From assembly GCF_000143415.4 (NCBI RefSeq), contig NW_003314273.1:692074-756073 (forward strand): a stretch of 64,000 nucleotides of DNA, written 5' to 3'. Made by a program: the position numbers and the translations under genes. This document shows positions 37,831 to 50,790 of the stretch, one piece after another. The notes beneath the pieces were generated by a model. The model saw nothing but the letters and a program-made list of their open reading frames with translations, was not told the origin of the DNA and ran no database searches. The stretch comes from Selaginella moellendorffii (taxonomy: Eukaryota; Plantae; Lycopodiophyta). Position 1 is the stretch's first letter; every line of letters begins with the position of its first letter.

Positions 37831-37891
37831 TAACATTCAAAATAAAACAAAACCAAAAATAATCAAACAAATCTACAAACAAATTCTCTAG

Positions 37892-39803
37892 TGTGAGGGC
37901 CAAGTGTACAGCTATGATGCTATATATTAATATTAACGTAGTGGGATTTTGGTAGCTGTTGGATTGATTTTGTAAGATCCTAAATTTTAACTTCCCAAGA
38001 GGTCATCCAACCCAATACTATTCAAACCCAAGGACACTTAACCCCAAATATCCCAAGATCCTTAATCGATTAGAAAAGGGGGTACATTCTTATTTATGGG
38101 CCCTTTCCTTCTATATTTGAACCCCATAAATCGTCTCTCAAGTTATTCTCTTTGGTTGCTTACAATCCACCATGTTTCCTTGTAAGTTCATGCCTTCGTG
38201 AACGGAAGTTGAGAACCGCAGCTCTCCCGAGAGCCTCACTCTCTTGACACCCTACCCCTCAGGTCAAGCTCAGTAGGAGCAAACTGGACCAGCCAGATGT
38301 CACACCCTACCCAATGTAGCGCACGTGGTTTTGACCCTTTATCCTATGGTGATTTACTATAGGATAACACCACGAAGCGGAACCTAAACCCTCTTTGTGC
38401 CATGTGACAGATGCCACGTGTCCATAGGAACCCGAGGTTCAGGGCCTTGGGCCACTGAACGAAGGAACGGTGCCAAACTCCCAAGCGTGAAGTCAAAGAA
38501 TGATGGAACTGAACCACGGAGCAACTCCCGAGCATAAAGCCCAAGGAGCGAAGGGACAGGAGCCTGGAGCAACTTGGAACAGTCCTAGAGTAACTAGCAT
38601 CCCAATGCCAGGACCAGCATGCAAAACGGAGCCAAACGGAGTCTGGCACTATTTCGGCATATTGGTGGCCTAATGCGAGGACATGAGTACTCCACCAACT
38701 AGCATGGAATGGAGCTTGGGCTTAGACCCAAGCCGGACGCAGAACAAAGACAGGCACACAAGTAGGAGCTAGACTATGCCTCAGGTTGATCGGCCATGCC
38801 CGACCTACCCACTATCCCTACTATACATTTGGAACCCCCCATAGCCCCCCCCCCCCCCCTTGAGGAACACACGCTTTGGGCTTTCACCCCAAGCCTCCCT
38901 TAGTATTAGGAGTTAGTCTCTGGGACAAACTTGAAACTTACTAAATATGGAATGTCTTTAGATTGCGAATTTGGACACGGGACGAACACCATTGTGTTTA
39001 GGACAATCTCTACATTTCGTAGATATGCCAAATGAGCAAATCTAGATACTTTCCATAAATAGCATTTGGGCTAACACAAAGGGCATGATAGCGAGGGTGT
39101 TTGGCAGACACGGTAAGCTATCATCCGGCGATATTGAGGGACCAATCTCAATACGCGAGGGTTCTTGTCAAGTGACAGAGCAAAAGAGAACTAAGAGCCA
39201 GGCCGAGTATGCTCAGCTAGAAACACATAGGAGTTCCTACTTTATGTCCATCTGGCTAAGTACAGGTGCTAAGCCCAGTAAACTAACACTTGAACAAGAG
39301 GGGCTGATAAAAGGAACCAGCAATACTGACCTCCTGCCATCGTGGCAGTAAGGTAAGAGTGTCCGTAAGGACTAGTCGATAGGTAACTTTTGATACCCGA
39401 AGTCACATTCGCGACACTACCCCTCGGGTCGAGCTTAGTAGGAGCAAATTGGACTAGCCAAATGTCAATCAACATGTGGTGTGATTCCCCTAGTCAACCA
39501 ACAGAGTTGGACCTGAGACCGCTTTGATACCAAACGTAAGATCCTGAATTTAGACTTCCCGGGAGGTCACCTAAACCAACCCTAAATATCCCAAGACCTT
39601 TAACTGATTGGAAAAGGGGGTGTACTCTTATTCATGGGCCTTTTCACTCTATATTTGAACCCTATGGATCGTTTATCAAATTGTTTTCTTTGGTTGCTTA
39701 CAAATTTCAATTCAGACCACTTGCTCCTATATATAAGTTAAGGTTTTTGGGCTAATTAATATGCACATTTCTATATTCCCTTTCCATATTCCATGCACTC
39801 ACA
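37892..39803 (+). repeat. Solo LTR of the 28402 gypsy family (opposite orientation), split by a nested insertion
   Basis: 37892-37970 plus 39708-39803 together are the reverse complement of 28402-28576. Confidence 0.85.
37971..39702 (-). mobile_element. TRIM-like non-autonomous LTR element nested in solo LTR
   Basis: Diverged short direct repeats at 37971-38164 and 39535-39702 ending GGTTGCTTACA; PBS TGGTATCAAAGC at 39521-39532(-); near-TSD GATTT/AATTT; no coding capacity. Confidence 0.8.
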
Positions 39804-39924
39804 CCAAGAGTCTTGTTTGGACCATAAAAGGGCTGGCCTTTAGATGTTTCATAGCTGTTACCTTCACCATTTGGATCATCCAGCAAAGCAACCTCTAAAA
39901 AGATTCCTCTCGGCCAAGAATAAA

Positions 39925-40330
39925 AAGGATGGGCATTGTTTACTTGTATTGTGGAGGGCGATCGAGAGAAGGATGAGGAGGGCGGTCACCACCATCAACT
40001 CCATTGGATCGAGCTGCTCTTTCGAAGCTCACCATGCTCGCTGGGATGATTGAAGGAGGAGGAAAGAGAGAGGATGAGATGATCTTGGGCATCCTTAGCT
40101 GTTGACCCTCCTGAATGTCAAGAAGCGTCAACAAACAAATAGATGGGTAAAAATTAGGCTGTGAGTCAGTCGGATGAGTGGGTAGGTCTTTTCATTGTCT
40201 TTGACAAAAAGCCATAGTGGTGCATTGCTATTTCTTTCATGGCTCCAGCGTGATCAAACTAACTATAACAAAAGGCCTTGATCATTTACCCCTTTCCAAA
40301 GCAAAAGTATACAACATAAATAATATTCTA
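39925..40330 (-). pseudogene. Fragment of thaumatin-like exon 1 plus its upstream region
   Basis: Diverged copy of 18730-19150. Confidence 0.85.
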
Positions 40331-41546
40331 ACTAAAAGAGCCATTTAGTGTACTTCTAAATTTTTTTAAAAATTTTCTTTCTAAGCTTTTCATAATACTG
40401 AGTATCTCATATTGTCTGATTGCAAAATATAATCTTAACTACAATAATCCCCATTAATTGATAAGAAAAAATGTACTCTTAATCATGAGTCTTAAACCTA
40501 TAAATTTGGACTTATTCTGGCAATTAGTGTTGTGTTTTTTATATATATAAAAATCTCTTTTTTAATATAATAATTATACTAATCACATTTCCAAATAAGT
40601 TAAATGGTATTAATAAATTATTTTAAATATTTGTTAATTTACTCTCACTTTTTTAATTACGGTAATTAATAATTGAGATTATAGTGAGATTAATACTTGA
40701 GATATTTCTTTTAAGATTATTGATGAAATAGTTTTATTTTCTTATTGGAGAATGCTATGTTGATCTAAGTGATGATATCATATTATTTTTTTAATTTTAA
40801 AATCTTGAACTATTAGTGATTGTCATGATATTTTTGTAATTTCTAACTAATAGATGAATTTCTATCACTATAAGATTTATTTCAAAAAATTTAGAATTAG
40901 TCAAAACACAGAAAAGACGTCCTTAATAAGTAGTGGTAAAATATAATGAAGCTAAGAATAACAAACATCATCCCTTAGCACTTTATATTTTTTTATAATC
41001 AGGGAATATTTTGATTATTTACCAATATGACAGGAGAATATTTTAACAATTATTTTTTTATGTTATCAGTAACACTATCACTATGATTAGTGACAGTCAA
41101 GAACTTTTTGGTATAGTGTTTTTGAATAAGTGGATCTTTAATTTTATTTTACTGTTTTGTTTTGTATGTCTCTTAGTTTTAATAATGTTTTCTCTTTTTT
41201 ATATAAATAATGAGAAATTTAAACAAAATTAAACTTTCAATAAACTTATAAACTTTAGAACAAAAAAATAAAATATTTATTAATACTTTTGGATTAGATA
41301 TTTCTACTTGGTTGCATGTCTGCATCATTTTTTTTCATAAGCTTCATAAGTGGTAAGTTTAATTTTTTAAATTGTTTTTAAAAACTATCTATATTAAAAT
41401 TAAAATAAGTTTTATATTTGGTTTTATCAAATAACACAATGCTTAAAGTTGATATAATAATAATTGGGAATATCTTCAAGTTGAGTAACAATTTTTTACT
41501 TTTAACTTAGCTGAAAAATAAAAAGATTTTGCAAATAAAATGAATA

Positions 41547-41720
41547 TGTGAGTGCTTGGAATATGGAAAGGGAATACAGAAAATGTGCATATCAATTAGC
41601 CAAAAACCCTAGCTTATATACAAGAGCAAGTGGTCTGGATTGAAACCAATTCGACGGCTACCAAAATCCCACTATGATAATATTAATATACGGCATCGTA
41701 GCCATACACTTGGCCTCACA
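41547..41720 (-). repeat. Solo LTR of the 28402 gypsy family
   Basis: Direct copy of 28402-28576; TGTG...CACA ends; flanks GAATA/ATTAA do not form a TSD. Confidence 0.9.
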
Positions 41721-41849
41721 ATTAATAATACATCTAATTCAGTAAATGCTTTTATTTTAACTTTATAATAATTTTAATTGATTTAATATTTGATAAAAAA
41801 CTGTAGACTGAATAAGTTATTAACTTTTTCATAACCTGTTGAAACTCTT

Positions 41850-41885
<36 letters not shown>

Positions 41886-44004
41886 CACACACACACATTG
41901 TTGGTACTTAATTTATAACATATTGAGATTTGTTGTATGCTACATTCAATTCTTATGAAAAATGAATAACTTGTTAAAGCTCATATAACAAAATAATTCT
42001 CTATATCTAGTAATTTGAATACTTTTTACATTCTTACAAAACTTTTCTAATGACATGTGCATAACATGTCTTGAGTTCAAATCCCATGAGCAAAAGTTTA
42101 GTGTTTTAAACACTAGTAATGAATATACTATTTAGTAAATTTAGAGAGATGGCAAACTTAGAAGCATGAGTAAGATAAAAATTAGACATCCAAATACAAT
42201 CACTTAGAAAATACCTAAAGTTTATGACATTAATACTTTAAATTAAGTATCAAACTCCTATTCATTAGTAATGACCTCTAGAGAAGGTGGTGGTGGCGGA
42301 ATATAAGTGGTGTGATAAAGTTTTAATAAAGAAATATGAAATATCAATTTAGAATTATTTTTGTAAAATTTATATAATTTACAATTTCCTCATGGTAATA
42401 TGCAAATGTATATATTGGATTAGAGTGGCTAACAACTTTATATCACACAGTTCTTGGACAATTTATAACAAAGCTGGTACTAGAAATGCTACCCATAGCA
42501 TATAATTTTCAGTCTTGATTTGTTACAATGGTTTCACCTGTATAATTTGGTAATATGAAAATTTAATAGAGCTTTCATCAAAATCAATCTTATACCCTCC
42601 AACTACTAGTACTAAAGTTTGGTACTAGAGTAAACCTGGTAAAGGTAATAAAAGTGGTAACTACTACACTTTTGGCAGCAAATGCAATGACAACCATGAT
42701 GAATGGAAGTGCACATAGGCTAGCCTTGAAGTACACCTTCATATTTGTTAATTGAATTACCTAAATCTTTAGCCATATATAGCTAAATCTGGCTTCCTCC
42801 ATATGCTACAATCTGATTTAGTCAAACATAATCTTGAAATTTGAGAATCAAATTTGTTATGAAAACAAAGTTTGTACTTGGATTCTTAGTTGGGCTTTAA
42901 GATTTAAAACAAGATGCCTCACCACAAAAATAGCATCCAATTGTACCTGTCAGCACGTTGTAAAATTGTCACATTGTTTTGTTGAAAACTTCTAGATTTT
43001 CTAAACTGGGAGGAAAATGTCCACACAAGATCTTCCTAAAAGTTTCAAATCTAATCTAATCCCTAAATCTTCTCATAGTAAAACTACACTATGAGAAGAA
43101 TGCATTTACCTGCTTGTGCCAAACCAAGTAGAAACTATGAACACATGCATAAAGGTGTTAGTCCCATGCCTTTAATCCCTTGAAGGCAGTGGGTAAGTAA
43201 GACATTGCCGTGAAAAGCCAAAGAAATAGGCAGAATGATAATGTATTGCAATGTATTTTATATTAGGGATAAATCTAAAAACATTCTAAATCTTACTTTT
43301 ATAGTCACTGCTGCTCACATCAAGGTTCAGTCCTAACCTTGAACCTCTCAAGTTTGTGTTCCCAAACTTGAATTTCCGAGCTTGCCTTTTTCCTCTTTCT
43401 CCGTGTGTAATTGATCAAGCCATGGCTCAAGTACTATTCATAGAGACGAAAAGAGAAAGTATTCAAGTGATCTTCAAATCAGGGGACCTCACTCACCTCA
43501 CGTGTTCTTGGGGGAGCATGGGCCCCCAGTCTTGGAGTAGTACAAGCGTGAATAGTATCTGAGCCATGGCTGTTCTTCATCCATTTTATACGAGGCTTTA
43601 GCTCTTGCTATTGGCATTCTTTGCACTCCTTCATTCGTGACTTCCATTCGCATTAAAAATTTCCCAACCACAGATTTTCCCTTGATGAATATGTAATAGT
43701 CTGAATGGGTGGAGCCATCAACCTTGCTGGTTACACCAACACATGGATCGTATGACACCGATTAGATACATGAAATCATTCATAATGACTGCAAGTGGAA
43801 ACTTTAGGCCAGCTTGCAATCTGTAATCGTACACAATCACGTGTGTCCGACTGAGGAGCATTGGACTAAACCTTACATAACTCCCCCATGGTCTGCCATT
43901 CTTCGCCTTCATTAATGGTGACCCACAATCACCACCCACCACCAACAATATTTTCGAGAGTTATATTACCTGAGTTGCTTCCACTTTAGAGCAAAACCTT
44001 CACG

Positions 44005-44410
44005 GAGACTTCCCAGTGATCTACGACCGTAGATGGCTGGAAAGAGAAAATCAAATTCTCCAACGGTGTTCACGGAGATCCTTTTCCAGTGAACCCTATG
44101 CAACAGTTTTCTCGCTCGTTTCCTCTTGTAGGCTCCAAAACTAGCTGGGAGAAATGGAATCGATTCCCACCAACTAAGCTAAACGATGCACGAACTCGAC
44201 ACACTTTGCAAAGTGATCACCTGGATTTAAAGAAAGAAAAGGAAACAGAGATTGACTTTCAGAGTACCAAGTCGAAAGCTGCTGCTGGATTTTCTCGATA
44301 GAAACCAGTCTGTTGCGTGACCTGATCAAGCTCCTCTATCCACCCGGCAGCACAAGTCTCCAAGCAATTCGCTGGTACGAGCTAAAACCATTGCAAAACT
44401 CGTTACAAGA
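44005..44410 (-). pseudogene. DUF1853-like gene fragment (deleted, inverted copy of ~12100-12625)
   Basis: Reverse complement of CCATCTACGGTCGT, GAACACCGTTGGAGA, GGTGATCACTTTGCAAAGTGTGTCGAGTT and GACTGGTTTCTATCGAGAAAATCCAGCAGC. Confidence 0.85.
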
Positions 44411-44971
44411 ATATTCGAAAGGGAAGGCCACTTTAATAATCATTGTTTGTGTGTGGCGGATGCGCTCTCCAAAGTCCGACGTCGTGGAGTGATGTGTCAT
44501 TGGATTTTCCAAGAAAGACGCATCGCTGGCGAAGCTGGGGATGCTAAGCTGAGATTGACTAAGTTTCACTGATTTAAACAGTAACGTCGCCCGATTCTTG
44601 CGTAGCTTTCTTCTTCTCTCTTTTTCTTTTGCGATAATTCTTCCACTAGTTATAGATTATGACAGACATAGCACATTGAGCGAAAAAAAAAAGGAGAAAA
44701 TATTTCCCGTATCTCACAAGTGTGAATGTACCAAAAACTCTCATGTTTTTTCAGGTCAAAATAGTTTACCATTATTTTTTTCGTAAAGAAAAGATTTAGA
44801 AACGTAACCAAATTGAGACTCTTGGAGAGTTTTTAACCTCTGACTTTGAGACTTGCCACAGTACACTCTTGGCAGATTTATCATCGTTCGCCCCGTCTCG
44901 TTCTCTTCCTGAATCAAAGTTTCTGAAGAACAAGGAGACGAGATAATCTTCCTTTGGCTAGATCTCGAGCG

Positions 44972-45803
44972 ATGGAGTCCAAGAAGTCGATGCTGGTGGT
45001 AATGATCCTGGGCGCTGCCGCCGCGAATGTGTTTGTGAGCGCTGCCGACCCCGACCCGCTGCGAGATTTCGAGGGGTCGGAAGATCTTAGCAATTTCGTG
45101 CTGTGAGATGTGTTCAAGAATGGGGTCGTGAGCAATGGACCTGGTGGCGTTCGCGCAGCGATCAACACGACACTGTTCCCAGGAATCACGTACTTTTCTT
45201 AACTCTTTGCCTTTGGAGATCCCAATCGAGGTTTTCCTTGGTTTTCTTTGCAGGTCTCAAGGGATAACTTATGTACACTTTAACTCGGTTCCCTGTGGAG
45301 TCAATCTCCCACACACGCACCCTCGAGCTTCCGAGCTCCTCACCATGATCTCTGGCGGGCCACTTCAAGTTGGATTCGTGGATACAGCTGGTAGCAAAAT
45401 AAGCTCTCTCTCGATCTTATAAAGAACATATGGGGTGATTTTCCAGGAGTACCACGCATCAACCTCTTGAACCCGGGCGATATCACGATATTCCCACGGG
45501 GAATGATGCACTTTGAGATCAACGTCGGGACCAAGCCTGCGTTTTACATTTCAGCTCTCAACAGCCAAAACCCAGGAACTCTGATAAATAAAGCTTTTCT
45601 CTTCACGTTTTTCTGATGTGTGTGTGTAGAAAAGTGGTGGTGCTCTCTTGATGATCCCGGACAGGTCCGTTGCAACTGCGCTCAACGTAGGGCTGGACAT
45701 GATCCGGAAGCTCAAGGAGAATATGCTGCCATACACCCCGCAGCTCGAGTTGGCCCCACCCGCCGTGTGCGTTCCTGGCCGAGACATCACCACCAAGATT
45801 TAA
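44972..45803 (+). pseudogene. Germin-like copy with a premature stop (CGA>TGA at 45104)
   Basis: Full exon/intron structure like 15493-16365; in-frame TGA at codon 45. Confidence 0.88.
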
Positions 45804-46091
45804 GGTCTTTTGTTTACATTGTCCATTGTAACTAAAGTGATCCATCCTTCACTTGGTTGGGCTTTTCGATGGGAACACTTATATTTAAAGGCTGACTTTG
45901 TTTCGAAGCAAGAGGATGGTCGTGTCCAAGTCTCGTGCTGCTGCTGGATTTTCTGGATGATTTACACTCTACCTACTGATTTCATTGCAGTGAATTGCTT
46001 GGGTAGCTTGATCAAGCGGTTGATCAAGTGGTTTCTATTTCAAAAACCACTAGGTAGAGGGAGTGCTGTGGATGAGAGTAGTGTTAGCAGC

Positions 46092-46324
46092 GGAGAGATG
46101 CGGAGGAAGAACTTTCTCCGTGTATTCAACTATATATGGATAGTACATATACATGGAACTACTGCCACGTGCTCCATTAAGTCATGCTTCGGTGATACAG
46201 CGATCAAGTCGCTCACTACTTGTTAGAGGTAAGATGACGTGGCAGTAGTTCCATGTATATGTACCATCAATACACGGAGAAAGTTCTTCCAGGAAATAAT
46301 GGAGGAAATAAGACCGATCTCTCC
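46092..46324. other. Long imperfect fold-back (MITE-like or hairpin RNA precursor)
   Basis: Perfect 28-bp inverted repeat 46143-46170/46237-46264, perfect 22-bp 46105-46126/46269-46290, and an outer 8-bp 46092-46099/46317-46324. Confidence 0.8.
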
Positions 46325-46354
46325 ATCTTGATCTCGATCTCGTAGAGATCATTA

Positions 46355-46456
46355 GAAGTACCACGCATCAACCTCTTGTACCCAGGCGATCTCACGGTTC
46401 TCCCGTGAGGAACGATACATTTTGAGCCTCGGCTCTCAACAGCCAAAACCCAGGTA
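46355..46456 (+). pseudogene. Germin exon-3 fragment
   Basis: GTACCACGCATCAACCTCTTG...GGCGATCTCACGGTT...CTCAACAGCCAAAACCCAGG. Confidence 0.8.
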
Positions 46457-48179
46457 AACAAAACAACATCGCCAGGACCTTTTTGCTGAAATTATTTACG
46501 TTATTCTTTTTTCTTAATAGTTTTTGTGTTGTGTGCGTTCCCGGGACAAGGTTGTGAAGCCATGCAACTATTAGGAGCGAAGATTTCAGGCCTGCTTGTA
46601 AAAGATGTAAACATAGTACTTTTTGCCACTATAGTTAACGCTTTGAGCGCCAAATAAAAAAACCTAGTACCTGATTGATCCACGACGAACGTCTTGCCTC
46701 ACGCGTTGTAACGTATTTGTTCCAGTGCTGCCAAAGGAGCCAAAAACTTTTTAGTCTCCCACACCATGAGGAAACAAAGACCTCACCAAAGACATCGAGA
46801 GAAAATAGCACCGATGGATTTCCCCCGTGTGGATCGCAAACTTTCAAGGGCGCTGATTTCAATTCAGAGCCCAGCAACAGGGAACGCAGCCGCGACCTGA
46901 ATTGGAACCAGCACCACCGAAACCTGCAATCCTTGGCTGCTGCAAAAACAAGCACAGGGACGGATTTTTATACACGGAGAGGCCACTGCAAATCGGCAAA
47001 AGAAAAAGAGATGTCTCCATACCACTGGAAGATGACAACATGCTCGCCTCCCGCTGCTAAACTCGCGTCCGGCAACTCGCTCAAAAGCTTTGGTGGGAGT
47101 GTCGCCATGTCATCCCAGAATGTTGACACACTGTACGCGCAGGGCGAGATGGTCCCCCTTTAAAAGTCGGATATCTGTATAGTGTAAACATCACATTAGC
47201 AAAGAAACAAGAGAATCACTAGGTAGAAAAACAGAGAGGGGACAGGCACAGATTACCAGAAAGCTTTTCGAGGCTGGAGTTCCGGATATGTGTACCACCT
47301 CTGAGAGCCAAATGAAAGAGAATGTCAGTGCCCATAATAAAAACTAGGAGAGGCATTTTTCACCGTCCCAATGCTGCCTCGTGAAACAAGCCCCGGAACA
47401 GCTCAACTGTCTCGCATAGATCCAGGATGATCCTACAACGTAATGCTAGTGCCCCTTTTCGTCGATGCAAGCAAACATCTTTTTTATATCCGTTGCCTGC
47501 CAAAGAGAAGCTGTAATCAAGAGAAAATCTCCTCTTAGAAAAGAAACGGACGCTTACCTGATAAGTCTCGTCACGGTGAGCGGAGCTCTTGACCTCGTTT
47601 GTGCTGCTCGTAAAAGGTCGCAGCACCCAAGGCTTCCGCTCGCTGGCCGGTTCGCTGGCTTGGAAGTTAATTTTCTGGCTTTAACACCCCCACCTGAGAC
47701 AACGTAAGTCTCAGTACCGCATCCTTTTGTTATCTTTTCCAGCTTTTAAAATTCTTTTTCTTGATGAACCAGTCATACCTGTGAAAGCGAAGTGCTAGAC
47801 AAAAGTGTGCACTGGATGTGTACCTCTAGAGTCCCAATCATCGGGCCCCCTTGACCGGTTCTTCCCTTTCCAATGGCGGGTAGCTGCAAATATGAAAGTC
47901 AATAAGACCAAGCCAATCAGCCAACCGAGACAAACCAAACGCAAACTTACGAAGAAAAAAACTGGAGTAGCGTTTACCCGTCCATTTCCTAGCACAAGGA
48001 AAAGACCGAGTCATCAATCCCCCATACTAAAAAAAATATAAGGAGCGGTAGCGGCCTTCCTAGAAAGAAAAAGAGAGCTCTCGAGTCAACTCCTAGGCAC
48101 AGAAAAAAGTGTGAAATGGAGAAGAACAGCACCATGAATGGACAAACAGCGTTCTTGTTGCCTTTTCGCGGCCACAAGC

Positions 48180-48269
48180 GATATATATATATGTATATAT
48201 ATGTGTATATATATATGTATATATATGTGTATATATATATGTATATATATGTGTATATATGTATATATA

Positions 48270-48343
<74 letters not shown>

Positions 48344-48791
48344 CATATATATACACACATATATACATATATATATATACATATATATACACACATATAT
48401 ATACACACACATATACACACATATATATACACATATATATACATACATACATATACATACATATACATACATATATATACATATATATACACACACACAT
48501 ATACATATATATACACACATATATATACATATATATACACACATATATATACATATATATACACACATATATATACATATATATACACACATATATATAC
48601 ATATATATACACACATATATATACATATATATATATACATATATATATATATACATACATGTATGTATATATATATATGTATATATATGTGTATATATAT
48701 ATATCTATACATACATACATACATATATATACATATGTATGTATATATGTATGTATATATATATATCTATATATATATATCTATATATATG

Positions 48792-48878
<87 letters not shown>

Positions 48879-49170
48879 ATATGTATATATATGTATATGT
48901 ATATATGTATATGTATATGTATATATGTATATATGTATATATATGTATATGTATATATGTATATGTATATATGTATATATGTATATATATGTATATGTAT
49001 ATATGTATATATATATATGTATGTATGTATATATATGAGTATGTATATATATATATATGTATGTATATATATATTTATGTATGTATATATATGTATGTAT
49101 ATGTGTATATATATATGTATATATATATGTATGTATGTATATATATATATATATATGTATGTATATATAT
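48180..49170. repeat. ~1-kb compound (TA)/(CA)/(TG) microsatellite
   Basis: Almost uninterrupted alternating purine-pyrimidine tract. Confidence 0.98.
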
Positions 49171-50619
49171 GAGCATATTAAAGGCTACAAAGTTGACATT
49201 TAATACTATTTTTCTTGGCACTGCATTTTTTTAGAGTTGCTTCCTATTTTCCTATCCCAATTATTCACCTCAAGAAATTCTTCACTCATTTCCATTTGTC
49301 TTTGAATTTCAAGTAGACCTTCCTACTATTGAGATTCTAGAGAATATTTTAGAAGTGAACATTCTATGTGTGAGTATTCCTGGGAAAATTCCAGATGTAG
49401 ATGGGCTAGCAAATATTCTAGACATATTTTACACAAAACAAAGAAGTTACTCCACACAATCTTGTCAATAGTCAAAGAGGTGGAAGATGCATAAGCAATT
49501 GGTGAGAGTTTGGTGGCAACACTTTGTCCAGGTGGCTTTTAATGGACAACATTTACAGAAGTTCATTCTAAAACAAAAGATGAAGTTTTTGGCATAAATG
49601 CCAATGCTTTTATTTTGCAACCCAAAAATTTATATAGTTATTGTGCAGCACTTTGACACAGTACACACCATAGACACACTGCCCCATTTATATTATTCAT
49701 GGATTAATAGTGATGTTAAGAGATTTACCTAAACTAATAGGTGTCTTAGGCTCAAATGTCTTATCCACAATGATTTCCTGTACCTCATTATAATACTCAT
49801 CCACAACCAAGACTTTCCCTCCACCACAGCCACAACCTTCTCTTTTTATTATCAACTGATAAAGAGAACTTTGGGGCTTTGGTTCCCTTTAAGTTTTTTC
49901 AAAAAGGGGTAAAGTCTCATAATAATTTGGTATAAGGAGTTGTAGCAACAAGGATTTGGGGCATGTGGGCTGCAAGAGTTATCTTCACTTAGCCAATTTC
50001 AGTCAATGTTATGGCATCTTTATAATTTATATATGGAAGACACAGTGGTTAACCTTTGTAGAGAACAAAGTTTAGTGCTTGTCTTTGGCCTAACCATTAG
50101 ATAAAAATCATAACCCTTTGAGACTAGGAGTTGATTGGTGTGGAGAACATTACTAATGCCTATACTCAACACAACAGTCATAACCTTGCTTGCTCCCACA
50201 CAGAGTGCACCACCCCCACATATTTTTGCAGACCAAAGATACAAAACCAGGAGAACTACAAGCAAGAGGTAGTATAATCTGAATTACCCAAAACTCTGGC
50301 TTTATATAATTGAACTCCAACTTCAAGTATATAAATCATGAGAAGAATCGTCAAAAGTTGTTTGTACAATCTTTTGAATTTAAATATACTCTGATACAAT
50401 TAGATCTATCTACATCAGATAAAGGAAAATTTAATAAGTACTCCCAAACTCACCACTTAACCCCTCACCAACAAAAAGAAACATCCAATTGCACCTTGAC
50501 CACTCTAACCCTTGTAATATTCCTCCATGATGTTTCCATTGTGGCTGGCAACCTTGTTAGTTATACCAACTTTTGCAACAAAGACACATTTTGCTATACC
50601 ATAAACAGTCCTTTTGGAG

Positions 50620-50790
50620 CAGCTTCACTCAAGCCCCTCAAGGGAAAGGAAATTATAGCCCTGGAAATGAAGTTGTGAGTGACGATTTGATGATGGATCA
50701 CTGGAAATACTAGCAGGGATCGCTGCATTTGAAGCAGTCTCAGATTTGTTTGGTAAGTCCACTTTGTATGTAGCTTTCTTCTTCTTTGTT
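50620..50790 (+). pseudogene. Degenerate fragment of LIM gene 3' end/UTR
   Basis: GAAAGGAAA.TATAGCC and GTTGTGAGTGACGATTTGATGATG match 14750-14935. Confidence 0.7.

Noticed and set aside
47989-49234. Long YI/CV-rich ORFs
   Set aside because: Translations of the TA/CA/TG microsatellite.
49200-50600. Possible decayed TE coding sequence (also 9800-11700 and 41720-43950)
   Set aside because: No recognisable motifs; cannot support a call.
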